In this document: positions 61,918-64,000 of the stretch, piece by piece
Position numbering within the stretch: the stretch's first letter is position 1
How the letters are laid out: each line of letters opens with the position of its first letter
Assembly (NCBI GenBank): GCA_019359235.1
Contig: JAHHHT010000012.1
Coordinates: 131,648-195,647, forward strand
Reading direction: 5' to 3'
Origin: Oscillatoria princeps RMCB-10
GTDB lineage: Bacteria; Cyanobacteriota; Cyanobacteriia; Cyanobacteriales; Oscillatoriaceae
Length of the DNA: 64,000 nucleotides
The notes under the pieces: generated by a model
What the model saw: the letters and a program-made list of their open reading frames with translations, nothing else
Databases searched by the model: none
Told to the model about the DNA's origin: nothing
Program-made: the position numbers and the translations under genes

Positions 61918-64000
61918 TCACCCTTCTCCCACCCCCAGCTTGGGAAACAAAATCTTGCCAAACTGAGCGTACAAAGCTGGCAGCACCAGCAGCGTTAAAG
62001 CGGTCGAAGTAAACAGTCCGCCGAGCACCACCACCGCTAGCGGTTGCAGGATTTCCTTGCCGGCACCGCCCCCAACCACCAGAGGGCCCAACCCCAAAGC
62101 AGAAGTAAAAGCTGTCATCAGGATAGCATTGAGCCGCTCCATTGAACCTTCAACGATTACTTCCCGCAAAGGCATCCCGCTGGCAAACTTAGCATTGTAA
62201 TTGTCAACCAGTAACAGCCCGTTGCGAGTGGCAACCCCGAATAGGGTGATGAACCCAACTAGGGAGGCGACGGAAAGAATGCCGCCGGCAAGTGCTACGG
62301 ATATCACTCCCCCCACCAGTGACAGGGGCAGATTAATCACAATCATTGCAGTTGAGGGGATGGACTTGACAGACAAGTACATCAACACTGCAATCATAGC
62401 AAAGGATATAATACTGAATACCAGCATGTTCTGGGTGGCTCGCTGTTCCGACTCGAACTGACCGCCGTACTGGATAAAGTAGCCGGCGGGCAATTGCACC
62501 TGCTGCTTGACTTTGGCGCGAATTTCATCGACGACGGATCGCAAGTCTCGCCCGGTGGCATTGGAGGAGACAACTATCAGGCGAGAGACATTCTCGCGGT
62601 TGATGGTATTGGGACCAGTTCCGTAGTCGATTTTGGCAACTTGAGCGAGGGGAATTTTTTGCCCAGCTGGGGTATCGACTAACAGGTTGCGGAGGGTGTC
62701 GGGGTTGCGGCGGGCGTCTTCTTTTAACCACACAAGGAGGTCAAAGGTTTGCTGCTGTTCCAAGACTTGAGAGACAACTCGCCCGTTGAGCGCGGTTTGA
62801 ATAATATCTGATAGGGACTGCACGGTTAAGCCATAACGAGCGGCTTGCTGCCGGTCGAAGTGGATTTGAATCTGTTTCACCGGCACTTGGGGTTCGAGTT
62901 GCAAGTCTACCACACCTTCAACCGTTTTCGCAATCTCCTCGACTTGCTTGCCGAGGGCGCGGAGTTGCTCCAAGTCCGGGCCAAATATTTTGACAGCAAT
63001 CGCGCTCCTCACGCCTGAGAGTACCTCATCCATGCGGTGGGAGATGAAGCCGCCAATATTAGGCGCGACTCCCGGCAATTTGGCAAATTCCTCCCGCAGT
63101 TTTTCAATACTCCCCTGCCGGTCTTTTATGCCTGACTCACTCAATTCTACATCCAAGTGCGCTAAGTTGACACCGGCAGCATCGGCATCTCCGGGTGCCC
63201 TTCCCGACCGCAACTGGATAAAATCAAAGCGGGGGTCATCTTTGAGGGCTTCTTCTAGGGCGTAGCCGGCGCGATTTGTAGCCTCCAGGGAGACGCCGGG
63301 ATAGAGCGTCAGGGTGTTGACGAGGGAGCGCTCTTGGAACTCCGGTAAAAACACCCGCCCCAAGGAGGGAACGATCGTAATTGCCGCGACGAGACTGGCA
63401 CCGGCTAGCAGCAAAATTAGCTTAGAATTGCGCATGGCAAAGATTAAGAGGGGGCGGTAAAGCCCTTTAAAAAATCTCGCCACCCAGGTTTCTTCTTCTG
63501 GCAAGGAACCGCTTGGCAGTAAGATGGCGCAGAGAGCCGGTGTGACGGTTAGGGCGGTAATGCCGGAAGCCACAACGACGACTAAATAGGCGACGCCCAT
63601 CGGTGTGAAGATGCGACCTTCGACGCCGGCTAAGGCAAAAACTGGGGAAAAAACAACCCCGGTAATTAAGCTAGCGCCAAACAGGGAGTCGCGCACTTCC
63701 TGGCAGCCTTCAAAGACGACCTCTAGCGGAGGCTTTGGGCTGCCGGCGAGTTTGTTTTCTCGCAGGCAGCGGTAGACATTTTCTGCGTCTACAATAGCAT
63801 CATCGACCGCATTGCCAATGGCAACAGCCAGCCCTCCCAAGGTCATCGTGTTGAGTCCCTGTCCCAGCCAATTTAGCCCCAGCACGCTTAACAGCAAAGA
63901 GAGGGGGAGTGCGGTGAGGCTGACAGCCAGCGCCCGCCAGTTCATCAAAAAGGGGATGAGGATTATAGCAACGATCGCGCCGCCTTCAACGAGCGCTTCC
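61918..64000 (-). CDS. CusA/CzcA-family heavy-metal efflux RND transporter, N-terminal part outside the window
   Basis: VDDAIVDAENVYR and the TM pattern of HME-RND. The frame stays open upstream of track start 63948 to the window end. Confidence 0.85.
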   Translation of the reverse strand, partial: EALVEGGAIVAIILIPFLMNWRALAVSLTALPLSLLLSVLGLNWLGQGLNTMTLGGLAVAIGNAVDDAIVDAENVYRCLRENKLAGSPKPPLEVVFEGCQEVRDSLFGASLITGVVFSPVFALAGVEGRIFTPMGVAYLVVVVASGITALTVTPALCAILLPSGSLPEEETWVARFFKGLYRPLLIFAMRNSKLILLLAGASLVAAITIVPSLGRVFLPEFQERSLVNTLTLYPGVSLEATNRAGYALEEALKDDPRFDFIQLRSGRAPGDADAAGVNLAHLDVELSESGIKDRQGSIEKLREEFAKLPGVAPNIGGFISHRMDEVLSGVRSAIAVKIFGPDLEQLRALGKQVEEIAKTVEGVVDLQLEPQVPVKQIQIHFDRQQAARYGLTVQSLSDIIQTALNGRVVSQVLEQQQTFDLLVWLKEDARRNPDTLRNLLVDTPAGQKIPLAQVAKIDYGTGPNTINRENVSRLIVVSSNATGRDLRSVVDEIRAKVKQQVQLPAGYFIQYGGQFESEQRATQNMLVFSIISFAMIAVLMYLSVKSIPSTAMIVINLPLSLVGGVISVALAGGILSVASLVGFITLFGVATRNGLLLVDNYNAKFASGMPLREVIVEGSMERLNAILMTAFTSALGLGPLVVGGGAGKEILQPLAVVVLGGLFTSTALTLLVLPALYAQFGKILFPKLGVGEG

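Noticed and set aside
1-64000. tRNA genes
   Set aside because: Scanned for T-arm consensus GGTTCGA(A/T)TCC and GTTCAAATC and found no credible instance. gcggttcggattcgg at 8866 lacks acceptor or anticodon pairing context.
1-64000. Transposases, integrases, phage genes
   Set aside because: None recognised in any frame. The mini-repeats appear non-autonomous.

Overview
Cyanobacterial chromosomal window, judged from STRR-type CCCCAAT heptamer repeats, a group-2 RpoD-like sigma factor, SbtA/SbtB, a PxcA/CemA homologue and a pentapeptide-repeat Ser/Thr kinase. Gene content runs from a CHAT-type locus through housekeeping genes into a CO2-concentrating cluster, a two-component cluster, and a copper/metal-resistance island. 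Main regions: (i) 1-5587, a tightly coupled minus-strand three-gene locus: sigma-70 region-4-like HTH protein, DUF1822-like protein, then a CHAT(caspase-like)-P-loop NTPase-TM-WD40 protein running off the window edge. This is my best candidate for an uncharacterised regulated-protease or cell-death/conflict system. (ii) 6-24 kb: GNAT, fasciclin, GlsB/YeaQ, GST, HerA-like ATPase, group-2 sigma factor, cobO, moeA, Ser/Thr kinase, GT2-TPR. (iii) 24.2-29.1 kb, a same-strand inorganic-carbon cluster: sbtA-sbtB, a beta-carbonic anhydrase, pxcA, and a second beta-CA with a Tat-like signal. (iv) 31.6-40.3 kb: two paralogous sensor kinases whose membrane domains resemble APC amino-acid permeases, flanking a receiver-kinase hybrid and a CheY-like receiver. 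(v) 40.5-51 kb: lgt, a SigF-like sigma, a BI-1 family protein, prfB with its programmed +1 frameshift, fructokinase, LeuC-like, TolC-like. (vi) 51.2-64 kb, a copper/metal island: CopRS-like two-component pair, Met-rich and DUF305 periplasmic proteins, cupredoxin, CopA P-type ATPase, and a partial CusA/CzcA RND pump. The window is rich in several families of short dispersed palindromic or direct repeats. Two different families sit in-frame inside copA. One is linked to a partial duplication of the fructokinase 3' end. Others form tandem arrays at 50.84-51.06 kb, 43.01-43.15 kb and 40.54-40.78 kb. The heptamer GCCGGTG/CACCGGC is strikingly over-represented on both strands. No tRNA, rRNA, CRISPR or transposase was found.
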